Below are positions 30,906-40,215 of a stretch of DNA of 64,000 nt, piece by piece. Each line of letters begins with the position of its first letter. The stretch's first letter is position 1. The stretch lies in contig JAWXAT010000003.1 in assembly GCA_034439615.1 (NCBI GenBank), positions 51,973 through 115,972 of the forward strand. The letters are read 5' to 3'. The notes under the pieces are model-generated. The model was not told the origin of the DNA. It ran no database searches and worked only from the letters and a program-made list of their open reading frames with translations. A program made the position numbers and the translations under genes. The stretch comes from Oligoflexia bacterium. GTDB taxonomy: Bacteria; Bdellovibrionota; Bdellovibrionia; JABDDW01.

Positions 30906-31245
30906 GAGTTTGTCGTTATCCGGAGATACCCAAACTTTTGGCTTGTGGGTTGAGATGGTTATTAGACTAAGAACCAGCGCAATTTAAATTGACGCTTGCT
31001 TGTCTAGTTTTCTTAAAATTAACCGAAGAGAACATTGGGTATTGGTTCTCATGCGGGCCTCCTTATCAATCGGAGGCATTCCATAGCCTTGGCAACCAAG
31101 AGCTTGGCAAGCAGTAACACTGCAAGCGAGCCTCAGGTGTCAGGGCCTTTTTATTTGTATCTCAGAAAATTATGCTTCGAAAGTGGACGAAATAGCGATG
31201 AAGTTCTGGCCGGGAGTATTGCAAATTCAATAAGGTGCCGAAAGA

Positions 31246-31560
31246 TTGATGGCATGTAATTGGGCAATTGCGGGGGATAAACTAATGAAGCGGTTCTTGG
31301 GTAATCTTGAAAATTCAAAAAGACATTTTTATAGAGGTCTTTCGTTTCTTTGTCTCACAGTAACTTTCGTTTTGTTTCAAAATTTTAGTTGGAGCACAAA
31401 TAAAATTAAACTTGATGTAAGTTCATTTCGCAATATGGCCACTGGTAATATTGAAATTAGTATCGATACAAAACAAGCGGCATCTCCTTACACCTATGGA
31501 ATGCCGAATGTTCCTATATATATATCGAAATACGCTCTCTTGATGCATCTCAAACTTTGA
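31246..31560 (+). CDS. Possible N-terminal signal-peptide fragment of the downstream Cys-rich protein, split by a frameshift at a (TA)5 tract
   Basis: MKRFLGNLENSKRHFYRGLSFLCLTVTFVLFQNFSWS looks like a signal peptide. The frame of the downstream gene is open back to 31461. Removing one TA unit at 31515-31524 fuses the two ORFs. Confidence 0.3.
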   Translation: MMACNWAIAGDKLMKRFLGNLENSKRHFYRGLSFLCLTVTFVLFQNFSWSTNKIKLDVSSFRNMATGNIEISIDTKQAASPYTYGMPNVPIYISKYALLMHLKL

Positions 31561-32870
31561 TAGGAAGTAAGGATGGTCTTTATACTGATGCCAATGGTCG
31601 CCTAGATTATCTCTTTAAACATCCTCATAATGGTTCAATGGAGAACTACAGACTCTTTGTGAGAGCTGGTGGACCTCAATGTGATGCAAACGCTGCAATT
31701 TTAGGTACCTGCGATTATAAACAGCTCCTCTATTTAACAAAAAGAGAAATACAAGTTGCGCTTGCTGCAGATTGGGGTGGGGCTATTTATGAACTTTGGA
31801 GTTATCCGACGACTAAGGGTTTTAACTTAATTGATCATATTGATACTGGCGCTCTATTTCAGGCCTCAATTTACGAATGTCAGCCAAGAGATGCCGCAGG
31901 TAATCTTTTGCTAGATAGTACGGGTCGTGTACTAGATGGACACTCGGCCGCATGTGATGCCAGTGTTACCAACCCAGCACAGGCGGGAAGTTATAATAGA
32001 GCGGCAAATGTCATAGTGAAGAATCCTGTTGATTGGACCTATGAAGTTGTTAACACAAGTGGCGGTCAAGCTGTTCAATTAAAAATAGTATCCAATGGTG
32101 GAAATGTCCCCATGCTTGATTATGCACATGGTGGTGCAGCGACGCACTTTAAGATGGAACAAATTATAACCATGCCCACTGACAATAGCGCTTATTTTGA
32201 CATTCAGTACAAGATTCACCACATTGGCGATGATGTTCACTGGCTACAAGAAAGCGAACTTCCGTCAATATATCTACCAGATGTGAGTGGCGGTTTAAAA
32301 CCCCGATTCAGAGGTTATCTTTCACATGCATATACTCGTGAGGGCGATGGAGTTACCATAGCTGCCATTGAAGGTCACCAAAACCCAGTAGTTGCTCAGG
32401 GTGATTTATCAATTCATTTAACATTGCGTAAGCTTTCTCAAAATAGTGATTTCAAACTCGTAAACGGAAGACCTAAAATCAAAAGCTGTCATTTGCCTCA
32501 AGATCGGCATTTAACAGAATGCTTATCTGAAAATCCGGCAAGCCCCACTTATTACTTATCACCAGTTACATCCGATCAAGGGATAGTTGGATCTGGTGAT
32601 AAAATTATTTTTGATAGAACATTTAGAGTTAGGACCGATTGGAATTGGGCAGCTCAAAACTGTAATCAAAGAACTCCCACTAACGCGAGTGATTTTTCTG
32701 GAACTCATAACACCGTGGGTTTATCAAATGGGGATTCTCGTTTTCTTTGTCTAGATCGTAGGTGGCATGACTGTGGCTGGGAAGGAAATGACCCAACGTG
32801 GTCATCTAAGGTTCCCGATGGAAAAGCAATTGGCGGTTGGCTCTGCTCCCAAGGCACTTGGAGTCGTTAG
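31557..32870 (+). CDS. Hypothetical Cys-rich (secreted?) protein
   Basis: 437-aa ORF with a TTG start, no signal peptide of its own, and many Cys residues. No recognisable domain. Confidence 0.5.
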   Translation: MIGSKDGLYTDANGRLDYLFKHPHNGSMENYRLFVRAGGPQCDANAAILGTCDYKQLLYLTKREIQVALAADWGGAIYELWSYPTTKGFNLIDHIDTGALFQASIYECQPRDAAGNLLLDSTGRVLDGHSAACDASVTNPAQAGSYNRAANVIVKNPVDWTYEVVNTSGGQAVQLKIVSNGGNVPMLDYAHGGAATHFKMEQIITMPTDNSAYFDIQYKIHHIGDDVHWLQESELPSIYLPDVSGGLKPRFRGYLSHAYTREGDGVTIAAIEGHQNPVVAQGDLSIHLTLRKLSQNSDFKLVNGRPKIKSCHLPQDRHLTECLSENPASPTYYLSPVTSDQGIVGSGDKIIFDRTFRVRTDWNWAAQNCNQRTPTNASDFSGTHNTVGLSNGDSRFLCLDRRWHDCGWEGNDPTWSSKVPDGKAIGGWLCSQGTWSR

Positions 32871-32894
32871 AGCTTAAGCCAACGGTTATCGATT

Positions 32895-33794
32895 TCAAGA
32901 ATTCGTGGAGTTTTTGGTCGCTGCTTGTAAGTAGCGGCTAGGTAATGTGCGATTCAAGCAAGATTGAACATACTGACTTGCTTGAACTTGTTTGGCTAAA
33001 TTGATTCCGGTGTCAAAACCCATTTCATGCAGCATGTAGAGTAAGTCTTCGGTGGCCACATTGCCTGCAGCACCTGGTGCGTATGGGCAACCGCCTAGGC
33101 CGCCACTACTGGAATCAAAAATTTTCACACCTGCTTGTAAACCTGCGAGAATATTGGCTAGTGCTGTACCTCTTGTATCGTGAAAATGCAGAGCAAGTTT
33201 TTTTGAACCCATAAGTTTTAAAAGTGATTTTGTGAGTTTTTCAACTTGTTTTGGGTTCGCAACACCAATGGTGTCTCCAATGCTGATTTCATGAACACCT
33301 AACTTAAGTAGGCGCTCGGTTACTTTTAATACAGCTTTAGGATTTATCACACCTTCGTATGGGCAACCAAAACACGTAGAGACATAACCGCGAATGCGCA
33401 TTTTTAATTTTTTTGCATTGGGTAAAAATGTTTCGAAGCGTTCAAAGCTACCATCAATAGATGTGTTGATGTTACGTTGATTGAACGTTTCACTGGCTGC
33501 TGTGAAAATCGCGATGTTTTTAACACCAGATTCAGCGGCATCTTGAAATCCGCGGTCATTGGGCACAAGGTTCCAGTATTGGGTTTTTAATGATTTACCA
33601 AGTGCCTTTGTTAATTCTTTTGTGTTGGCCATTTGAGGAATTTTTTGAGGATTAACAAATGCCCCAACTTCAATATCTGAATGCCCGGCTTGAGATAAAA
33701 GTTCAATGAAATGTTTTTTTTGTTCTAGGCTCAGTATTTTTACTTCGTTTTGTAATCCGTCGCGTGGGCCTACTTCAAATATTTTAATGCGCAT
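32895..33794 (-). CDS. Hydroxymethylglutaryl-CoA lyase
   Basis: MRIKIFEVGPRDGLQNE is the canonical HMGL N-terminus. TIM-barrel DRE-TIM family. Last gene of the liu cluster. Confidence 0.9.
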   Translation of the reverse strand: MRIKIFEVGPRDGLQNEVKILSLEQKKHFIELLSQAGHSDIEVGAFVNPQKIPQMANTKELTKALGKSLKTQYWNLVPNDRGFQDAAESGVKNIAIFTAASETFNQRNINTSIDGSFERFETFLPNAKKLKMRIRGYVSTCFGCPYEGVINPKAVLKVTERLLKLGVHEISIGDTIGVANPKQVEKLTKSLLKLMGSKKLALHFHDTRGTALANILAGLQAGVKIFDSSSGGLGGCPYAPGAAGNVATEDLLYMLHEMGFDTGINLAKQVQASQYVQSCLNRTLPSRYLQAATKNSTNS

Positions 33795-33802
33795 ATGAGC
33801 CT

Positions 33803-34165
33803 CTATTTTTCTAATTCTACAATTTTATCATCGAGTAAGACTTGTTCGCCGGCATTTTTAAAAATATTTTTTATTTTTCCATCAAATGAAGCTTTCAGCG
33901 CGTATTCCATCTTCATCGCTTCTAATACACAAACAGTTTCACCCGATTTAACACTTTGGCCAGGTTTGAAATTTAATTTTAAAACCTTACCAGGCATGGG
34001 TGAGCGTAGAAAACCATCGGTGACTCCGTGGGTCTGTTTGCTGCGTCGAGCGCTAGAGGATGTGTTCATATCTACTGTGAAAGTGCGGCCTTCAAAGTGC
34101 ATCCAAAGTGTGGAGCCGATCTTTTTGATAAAGCCGCGACGTAAATCACTCATGATGTCACCCAC
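33803..34165 (-). CDS. Biotin carboxyl carrier (BCCP) domain protein, C-terminal part of the methylcrotonyl-CoA carboxylase alpha subunit
   Basis: CVLEAMKMEY is the biotinylation motif (AMKM). GTG start. Overlaps the biotin carboxylase ORF by 16 nt in a different frame. Confidence 0.8.
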   Translation of the reverse strand: MGDIMSDLRRGFIKKIGSTLWMHFEGRTFTVDMNTSSSARRSKQTHGVTDGFLRSPMPGKVLKLNFKPGQSVKSGETVCVLEAMKMEYALKASFDGKIKNIFKNAGEQVLLDDKIVELEK

Positions 34166-35634
34166 GGTGATTGATAACGAAGGCCAGAATTATTTGAGAG
34201 GTCACTTCCATTTTGATTGCCAGTGGAGGTGGTTGATTTTTGAGCAGCTGTTTTTGCAAATTCTTTTTGTGTTTCGGTTAATTCAGAAAGTTTAAAACTA
34301 CCTTTGTACTCTTCTTCTAAAAAACGAGTACTGACATTGTTCATTTGATATTTTTTATTGAGCAATACTGATTTTAAAAATTCAATATTTGTATGAACTC
34401 CAAAAATAACAGTTTCACAAAGTGTAGAGTACATGCGTCTGAGGTTTTCTTCACGAGTTGGAGCCCATGTGATAATTTTGCCGATCATAGGGTCATAGTT
34501 GGGTGTAATTGTATCGCCAACGTCATAACCAAAATCAAAGCGACGATGGGGGCCAAGAGGAAGGTGTAATTCTTGGATTGTTCCAGGGCTGGGTAAAAAC
34601 TCAAGTGCTGGGTTTTCAGCATAGATTCTTACCTCTAATGCATGACCTCTTTGTGAGATATCTGTTTGTTCAATTTCGAGTTCATGGCCTAATGCTATTG
34701 CAAATTGTAAACGTACAAGGTCAACGCCGCATACAAGTTCAGTGACTGTGTGTTCTACCTGCAGTCTTGTGTTGAGCTCCATAAAGTAAAAATTATTTTT
34801 TTCATCTAATAAAAACTCAACTGTACCTGCATTTGTGTAATCTGCAGCTTCAGCAATTTTAAGTGCTGCTGCTGTAATTTTATCGCGCAGTTCAGGTGTA
34901 ATAGCCGTTGATGGTGTTTCTTCAAAAATCTTTTGATGTCTTCTTTGAATGCTGCATTCGCGCTCAAAAAAATGAAGTCGTTTTCCGCGCGTATCACATA
35001 AAATTTGAACTTCGATATGTCTTGGCTTTTGAATATAGCGCTCAATAAATACTTGATCAGAACCGAATGCATTTTTAGCTTCTCTTTGAGCTGAGCTTAA
35101 GAGTTCAAAAAAATCTGAGTCATGTTCAACGACCTTCATTCCCTTGCCACCGCCACCGGATGCGGCTTTAACGATGCAGGGGAATCCAATTTTTCGAACT
35201 TCTGCTAATAATTTGGCGGGGTCTGTTTCAGAGCCAGTGTACGCCGGAGTGACGGGAACATTATTCGCCTTAGCTAATTCTTTGGCCTTTATTTTATTTC
35301 CTGCAGTAAAAATTGATTTTGCTGATGGCCCAACAAAAGTAATACCAGCACTTTCGAGCGCCACTACAAATTCAGCATTTTCACTTAAAAACCCAAACCC
35401 TGGATGAAGTAGTTCTGCCTTTGCTGATAGTGCACTATTCACAACTACCGGAATATTTAAATAGGTTTCAAGTGATGATGATCCTGTGAGTTCTACGGTT
35501 TCATCAGCCATTCGATAGGCTATTGTATTTTTATCAGGACTTGAATGAAGTAATATCGATGTAAAACCTAGCTCTTGGCAGGTGCGAATGATGCGAACAG
35601 CAACTTCACCGCGATTGTTAATGGCGACGCGCAA
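34150..35634 (-). CDS. Biotin carboxylase (BC domain) of the methylcrotonyl-CoA carboxylase alpha subunit
   Basis: ATP-grasp biotin carboxylase motifs (MRVAI...GFPCIVKAASGGGGKGMKVV, ...EMNTRLQVEH). Sits in the liu operon between mccB/hydratase and hmgL. Confidence 0.9.
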   Translation of the reverse strand: MRVAINNRGEVAVRIIRTCQELGFTSILLHSSPDKNTIAYRMADETVELTGSSSLETYLNIPVVVNSALSAKAELLHPGFGFLSENAEFVVALESAGITFVGPSAKSIFTAGNKIKAKELAKANNVPVTPAYTGSETDPAKLLAEVRKIGFPCIVKAASGGGGKGMKVVEHDSDFFELLSSAQREAKNAFGSDQVFIERYIQKPRHIEVQILCDTRGKRLHFFERECSIQRRHQKIFEETPSTAITPELRDKITAAALKIAEAADYTNAGTVEFLLDEKNNFYFMELNTRLQVEHTVTELVCGVDLVRLQFAIALGHELEIEQTDISQRGHALEVRIYAENPALEFLPSPGTIQELHLPLGPHRRFDFGYDVGDTITPNYDPMIGKIITWAPTREENLRRMYSTLCETVIFGVHTNIEFLKSVLLNKKYQMNNVSTRFLEEEYKGSFKLSELTETQKEFAKTAAQKSTTSTGNQNGSDLSNNSGLRYQSPWVTS

Positions 35635-36423
35635 TTATGTACCCCTTCGCCATGTGGGTATGCGTTTTTCAAAAAAAGCATTCATACCCTCTTGACCCTC
35701 TTTAGAAACTCTCCGTTGAGCTATTGTTTTTACGGTAAGTTTTCTTGCTGCTGGCCAGTTTGATGTTTTTATTTTTTGAATAAGATCTTTTGTGATTCGA
35801 GTAGCTTCTGGGCCATTATTAACAATAAGTTTTAGTTTTTCTTGAATAAAATTTTCTGCATCTGCCACAGCACCGGTAAAATGTACGAGCCCAATTTGTT
35901 GAGCATGTAAAGCTTTGAACACCTCGGCCGTGAGCATCAAAGGCCTGGCTTGTGATTCGGGAATTTTTCGTAAAACATAGGGTGAAATAATACTGGGAAC
36001 TAAACCCAGTCTGACTTCACTGAGACAAAATTTTGTTTCAGTTTCAGCGGCAACGATATCGCAGACAGCTGTTAATCCAACTCCTCCGCCCATTACACTC
36101 CCTTGAATGACAGCTAAAACAGGCACGGGGCATTGAAAGATGGCTTCGTACATGTCAGAAAGTTTTTGAGTGTCTTTTTTATTTTGGGCTAAAGTGAATT
36201 TCATAGATTTGCGCATCCAGTTGAGATCCCCTCCAGCGCAAAAACTAGGCCCCGCACCTCGAAGTACAACTGCTAAAATCGATGAATCTTTTTTTATAGA
36301 TTTAAAAATTTCTGTAAGGCCTTTGATCAAATCTGCATCTAATGCGTTATGCACTTCGGGGCGTGAAAGGGTGACGTGTAAAACAGAATTAAATTTATCA
36401 GCTTTTAAGTTTGTCATCGTCAT
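35635..36423 (-). CDS. Enoyl-CoA hydratase family protein (likely methylglutaconyl-CoA hydratase, LiuC)
   Basis: Crotonase fold with AVVLRGAGPSFCAGGDLNWM. Operon context with MCC subunits and HMG-CoA lyase. Confidence 0.8.
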   Translation of the reverse strand: MTMTNLKADKFNSVLHVTLSRPEVHNALDADLIKGLTEIFKSIKKDSSILAVVLRGAGPSFCAGGDLNWMRKSMKFTLAQNKKDTQKLSDMYEAIFQCPVPVLAVIQGSVMGGGVGLTAVCDIVAAETETKFCLSEVRLGLVPSIISPYVLRKIPESQARPLMLTAEVFKALHAQQIGLVHFTGAVADAENFIQEKLKLIVNNGPEATRITKDLIQKIKTSNWPAARKLTVKTIAQRRVSKEGQEGMNAFFEKRIPTWRRGT

Positions 36424-36426
36424 CTT

Positions 36427-38100
36427 TCACATGCGGTACACGCCACTGGGCGTGGGTGGTATTTCTTGATTCGTGCTCGCAGCCAAACCAAGCGCTAATA
36501 CTTTTCGGGTGTAAGCCGGGTTAATGATTCCGTCATCCCAAAGTCTTGCGGTGGAATAATAGGGGCTGCCTTCATTTTCATATTTTTCTAAAGTCGGTTT
36601 TTTAAACGCCTCTTGTTCTACTGGCGTCATAGTTTTTTTCTGACTACTGAGTTGATCCATCTTCACTGTTAATAAAACATTGGCTGCTTGTTCACCTCCC
36701 ATGACGCTAATACGTGCGTTGGGCCACATCCAGAGTTGTCGTGGACGAAACGCTCTGCCGCACATTCCATAATTCCCGGCACCAAAACTTCCGCCAATGA
36801 TTACGGTAAATTTAGGCACACGTGCATTGCTCACGGCCATAACCATTTTTGCACCATCTTTTGCGATGCCCTCATTTTCGTATTTTTTTCCAACCATAAA
36901 GCCCGTGATATTTTGTAAAAAAACCAACGGAATATTTCTTTGACAGCAAAGTTCAATAAAATGTGTAGTCTTTAATGCACTTTCACTAAATAAAACTCCG
37001 TTGTTGGCTATGATTCCTACGGGAAATCCCCAAATGCGTGCAAAGCCACAGACCAAAGTTGTTCCGTACAGCGCTTTGAATTCTTGAAACTCACTGCCAT
37101 CTACAATGCGCGCGATAATTTCACGAACATCAAATGGTTTTCTTGGATCATTTGGAATGATTCCATAAATTTCTTTAGAATCATAAAGTGGATCTTTTTT
37201 CTCAATTGCACTTAGAGCCAATGTTGATTGCGCAAGTGACGGGCGATTGAGATTTTGAATAATATTGCGCGTGATCTCAAGTGCGTGATTTTCATCCTCT
37301 GCAAAATGATCTGTGACCCCACTTTTTTGACAATGCACAAGTGCACCGCCAAGACTTTCGGCATCAACGATCTCACCCGTGGCAGCTTTCACAAGAGGCG
37401 GGCCACCTAAAAAAATCGTACCATTTCCTTTTACAATAACTGATTCATCACACATGGCTGGGACATAGGCTCCCCCAGCGGTGCATGAACCCATCACTAC
37501 TGCGATTTGTGGAATGCGAGCTGCTGACATACGGGCTTGATTATAAAAAATCGCTCCGAAATGATCGCGATCTGGAAACACCTCTGCTTGTAGTGGCAAA
37601 AAGGCGCCACCTGAATCTACGAGGTAAACACAGGGCAAATTATTTTCTAGGGCAATTTCTTGTGCTCTTAAATGTTTTTTAACAGTGATGGGAAAATAGG
37701 TGCCACCTTTTACTGTGGCATCGTTTGCAACGATGATGACTTCGCGACCATGAATAACACCTATGCCTGTGATGATTCCTGCGCTTGGTGCTTCGCCGTC
37801 AAACATTTCCCATGCAGCAAGGGCGCTGAATTCTAAAAAGGGCGTACCAGGGTCTATTAGTTTTTGAACGCGTTCACGTGCCGGAAGTTTACCGCGAGAT
37901 TTATGTTTTCGTAAGGCTTCTTCTCCTCCACCTGATTCAACTTGTCGCAAATGCATTTCTAATTTTTTTAAAAGTTTTGCATACGACTCTTTATTGGCGT
38001 TGAATTCAGGGCTTGATGTGTTTACTTGCGTTTCAATTGTTTCCACGGGCTCAGATTCGATCACATTTCGCGTCAAATTACAAAAAGTAAGGCCGTGCAT
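36427..38100 (-). CDS. Methylcrotonyl-CoA carboxylase beta subunit (carboxyltransferase)
   Basis: [34 protein letters not shown] and the downstream carboxyltransferase domains. The start is uncertain. ATGs at 38130 and 38100 both lie in a tandem repeat and lack an SD, so a downstream GTG (e.g. VETIETQ...) is possible. Confidence 0.85.
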   Translation of the reverse strand: MHGLTFCNLTRNVIESEPVETIETQVNTSSPEFNANKESYAKLLKKLEMHLRQVESGGGEEALRKHKSRGKLPARERVQKLIDPGTPFLEFSALAAWEMFDGEAPSAGIITGIGVIHGREVIIVANDATVKGGTYFPITVKKHLRAQEIALENNLPCVYLVDSGGAFLPLQAEVFPDRDHFGAIFYNQARMSAARIPQIAVVMGSCTAGGAYVPAMCDESVIVKGNGTIFLGGPPLVKAATGEIVDAESLGGALVHCQKSGVTDHFAEDENHALEITRNIIQNLNRPSLAQSTLALSAIEKKDPLYDSKEIYGIIPNDPRKPFDVREIIARIVDGSEFQEFKALYGTTLVCGFARIWGFPVGIIANNGVLFSESALKTTHFIELCCQRNIPLVFLQNITGFMVGKKYENEGIAKDGAKMVMAVSNARVPKFTVIIGGSFGAGNYGMCGRAFRPRQLWMWPNARISVMGGEQAANVLLTVKMDQLSSQKKTMTPVEQEAFKKPTLEKYENEGSPYYSTARLWDDGIINPAYTRKVLALGLAASTNQEIPPTPSGVYRM

Positions 38101-38136
38101 TTTTGCATTACAAAAAGTAAGGTCGTGCATTTTTGG
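38077..38136. repeat. Tandem direct repeat, 2 x 30 bp (attacaaaaagtaaggYcgtgcatttttgS)
   Basis: Two adjacent 30-nt copies, 28/30 identical. They lie in the divergent intergenic region between mccB (-) and the RluA-family gene (+). Confidence 0.85.
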
Positions 38137-38187
38137 GATTTTGGAGATTATTTGTGCGTTGCTGTGCGTTATGGGGTAGAAGTAAGT

Positions 38188-39144
38188 ATGAATTTAGCTG
38201 TGGGAGCAAAGGCTTTGTCGAAGCGTTTTGGGTTTTACCCGGGCCCGCTTGAGCCAATGGTGCTTTTGGATTATTTAGCTCAAAAAGTGAGTGCGGATCT
38301 TGTGATCGCGCAAAGGTCATTCACCAAAGATGAGCTAGAGTGGCTGATCGAATTTGGTGCAGTTTATAAAAATCAAAAACGAGTTTTAGACCCACAAGAC
38401 TTGATTCACTCAACAGATACTCTGCGTGTGCATTTTGAGCCGCGGCGATACGCTGTAAATGAATCTGACCTTCAAAAGCGTATTATTTTTTCTAATGATG
38501 ATTTTCTTATTATGAATAAACCATCAGGTTTACCCATGCATCCCACACTTGATAATCTTAAAGAAAATCTGATTCATGGACTTAGGAAAGTTACTGGTCA
38601 TAATTATTTTGTAACGCATAGACTTGATGTTCCAACATCGGGATTAGTGCTCATTGCTAAAACTCCAGAGTATCAATCACTGTTTAATAATTTAGTTTCA
38701 CAAAGAAATTTAAAGAAATTTTATCTAGCCAGAACTCTTAAGCCGCTTCAGCCACGTTTATACCGACACTTTATGAAAGATACTGTGCGCGCTCCAAAAG
38801 AAGTGGAGGATGTTGTTCCCTCTGACACAAACGAAAAGTGGATTGAATGTCTTTTGCAAATTCATAGTTGTAATGCTCTCAAGCTCGGAGGTTTTGAATT
38901 GGGGATTGAACTTCTCACAGGTCGCACCCATCAAATCAGAGCGCAATTATCTCAAAGTGGAGCTCCAATTGTTGGTGATGAAATGTATGGAGGTATTTCA
39001 CACGACGAGTTTGGTCTGCATGCGGTTGAGATGATTTTTTCTTGTCCAAAGACTGGGGGGTATCACCAGTATAAGGTCCCATGTCACTGGAATCATTTGG
39101 GGATAACCTTGCCTTATAACGCGTCGACCGTTAATCTTAAGTAA
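38188..39144 (+). CDS. RluA-family pseudouridine synthase
   Basis: [15 protein letters not shown] is the catalytic Asp motif HRLDxxTSG. The N-terminal S4-like region is present. The track start 38026 runs through the tandem repeat, so ATG 38188 is preferred. Confidence 0.85.
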   Translation: MNLAVGAKALSKRFGFYPGPLEPMVLLDYLAQKVSADLVIAQRSFTKDELEWLIEFGAVYKNQKRVLDPQDLIHSTDTLRVHFEPRRYAVNESDLQKRIIFSNDDFLIMNKPSGLPMHPTLDNLKENLIHGLRKVTGHNYFVTHRLDVPTSGLVLIAKTPEYQSLFNNLVSQRNLKKFYLARTLKPLQPRLYRHFMKDTVRAPKEVEDVVPSDTNEKWIECLLQIHSCNALKLGGFELGIELLTGRTHQIRAQLSQSGAPIVGDEMYGGISHDEFGLHAVEMIFSCPKTGGYHQYKVPCHWNHLGITLPYNASTVNLK

Positions 39145-39165
39145 GTAGTTTCGCAAGGAGGCAGC

Positions 39166-40215
39166 ATGCAATACAGCAAGCAATATGTGCTTGTGATTTT
39201 GAGTCTTTTTTCAATTTCTGCAATGGCACAAAATTCTACAAAGCCAAAATCGAAGCCTCGACAAAAGTCAGATCAAATTCAGCCGTATAAACGTCAGTCA
39301 CCAGCAATTGAAAATTCAGATGAATTTAGTAGTAACAAAACAGAAACTAAAAAATCAAATGCAGTTCGCACTTATTATTTTTTTCAACCAGGTGCTAAGC
39401 GAAGTGCGATTACATTAACTCCTTATTATTCAACTTATAGTACTGAGACAGGTATTGGCGGATTTCGTTTTCAAACAGTAAAGTATACCGAGACAGTAGC
39501 ACTTCTTTCATATGAATTCGGCCTTACAAGTAATCACACTGTAGGTTTAAATCTTAGTTTTGGAAGTAGTGAATTAAAATACGCTTATGAAACAAATCCT
39601 CCTCCTGAAGAGACAGAAAAAGAATCTGGTCTTGGAGATATTGTGCTGCTTTATAAGGGCTTATACCCAATGAAGAAGATGAGTCTCATCTACGGATTAA
39701 ATTTTAATTATTCGGGCACAAAAACAAGTGCCACTTCAACAGTAACGGGTACACGTAATTCAGGTGGAATGTCTTTTGCCCCGATGGTGGGTGTTCAATA
39801 TAAATTCACACCAGGCAGTGTTGTGGGAGCGAAGCTCAATTATCTTTTTAAAATGGAGCGCTCGATGACGAGTTCAGCTACGGGTGCTAACGTCGCTATA
39901 AAAGAAACGGGTGGTAGTCAGTATTTATTAACTGCATTTTATGAAAAGCAATTTGGTAAATTTTTTCTCACACCTTATGTAGGTTTTGGGAATGCGGGTG
40001 ATGTTACAACAACACCCGCAGGTGGCACAGCTGTGGCGACCAAGGGTTACACCATTATACCGTTTGGTTTCGACTCACTTTATCAAATGAGTAAAAATCT
40101 TCAGTTGGGAATTTATTACCATGGAGATAACCATGGTGCCTACACCTCAGGAACCCTTGAAGTGCTTTCATTCACCCAGCATCAAATTGGTTTGTTCGGT
40201 CGATTTTTATTCTAA
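39166..40215 (+). CDS. Putative outer-membrane beta-barrel protein
   Basis: Signal peptide MQYSKQYVLVILSLFSISAMA. Alternating amphipathic pattern. C-terminal ...GLFGRFLF with a terminal Phe typical of OMPs. Confidence 0.5.
   Translation: MQYSKQYVLVILSLFSISAMAQNSTKPKSKPRQKSDQIQPYKRQSPAIENSDEFSSNKTETKKSNAVRTYYFFQPGAKRSAITLTPYYSTYSTETGIGGFRFQTVKYTETVALLSYEFGLTSNHTVGLNLSFGSSELKYAYETNPPPEETEKESGLGDIVLLYKGLYPMKKMSLIYGLNFNYSGTKTSATSTVTGTRNSGGMSFAPMVGVQYKFTPGSVVGAKLNYLFKMERSMTSSATGANVAIKETGGSQYLLTAFYEKQFGKFFLTPYVGFGNAGDVTTTPAGGTAVATKGYTIIPFGFDSLYQMSKNLQLGIYYHGDNHGAYTSGTLEVLSFTQHQIGLFGRFLF

Noticed and set aside
31035-31259. ORF 31035..31259 (+), 74 aa
   Set aside because: No RBS. It lies in a structured, hairpin-rich intergenic region and the product is low-complexity. 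More likely non-coding; see the finding on this gap.
38026-38187. N-terminal extension of the RluA-family ORF (track start 38026)
   Set aside because: The extension translates the 30-bp tandem repeat ([10 protein letters not shown] / [10 protein letters not shown]). The conserved protein and a plausible start begin at ATG 38188.
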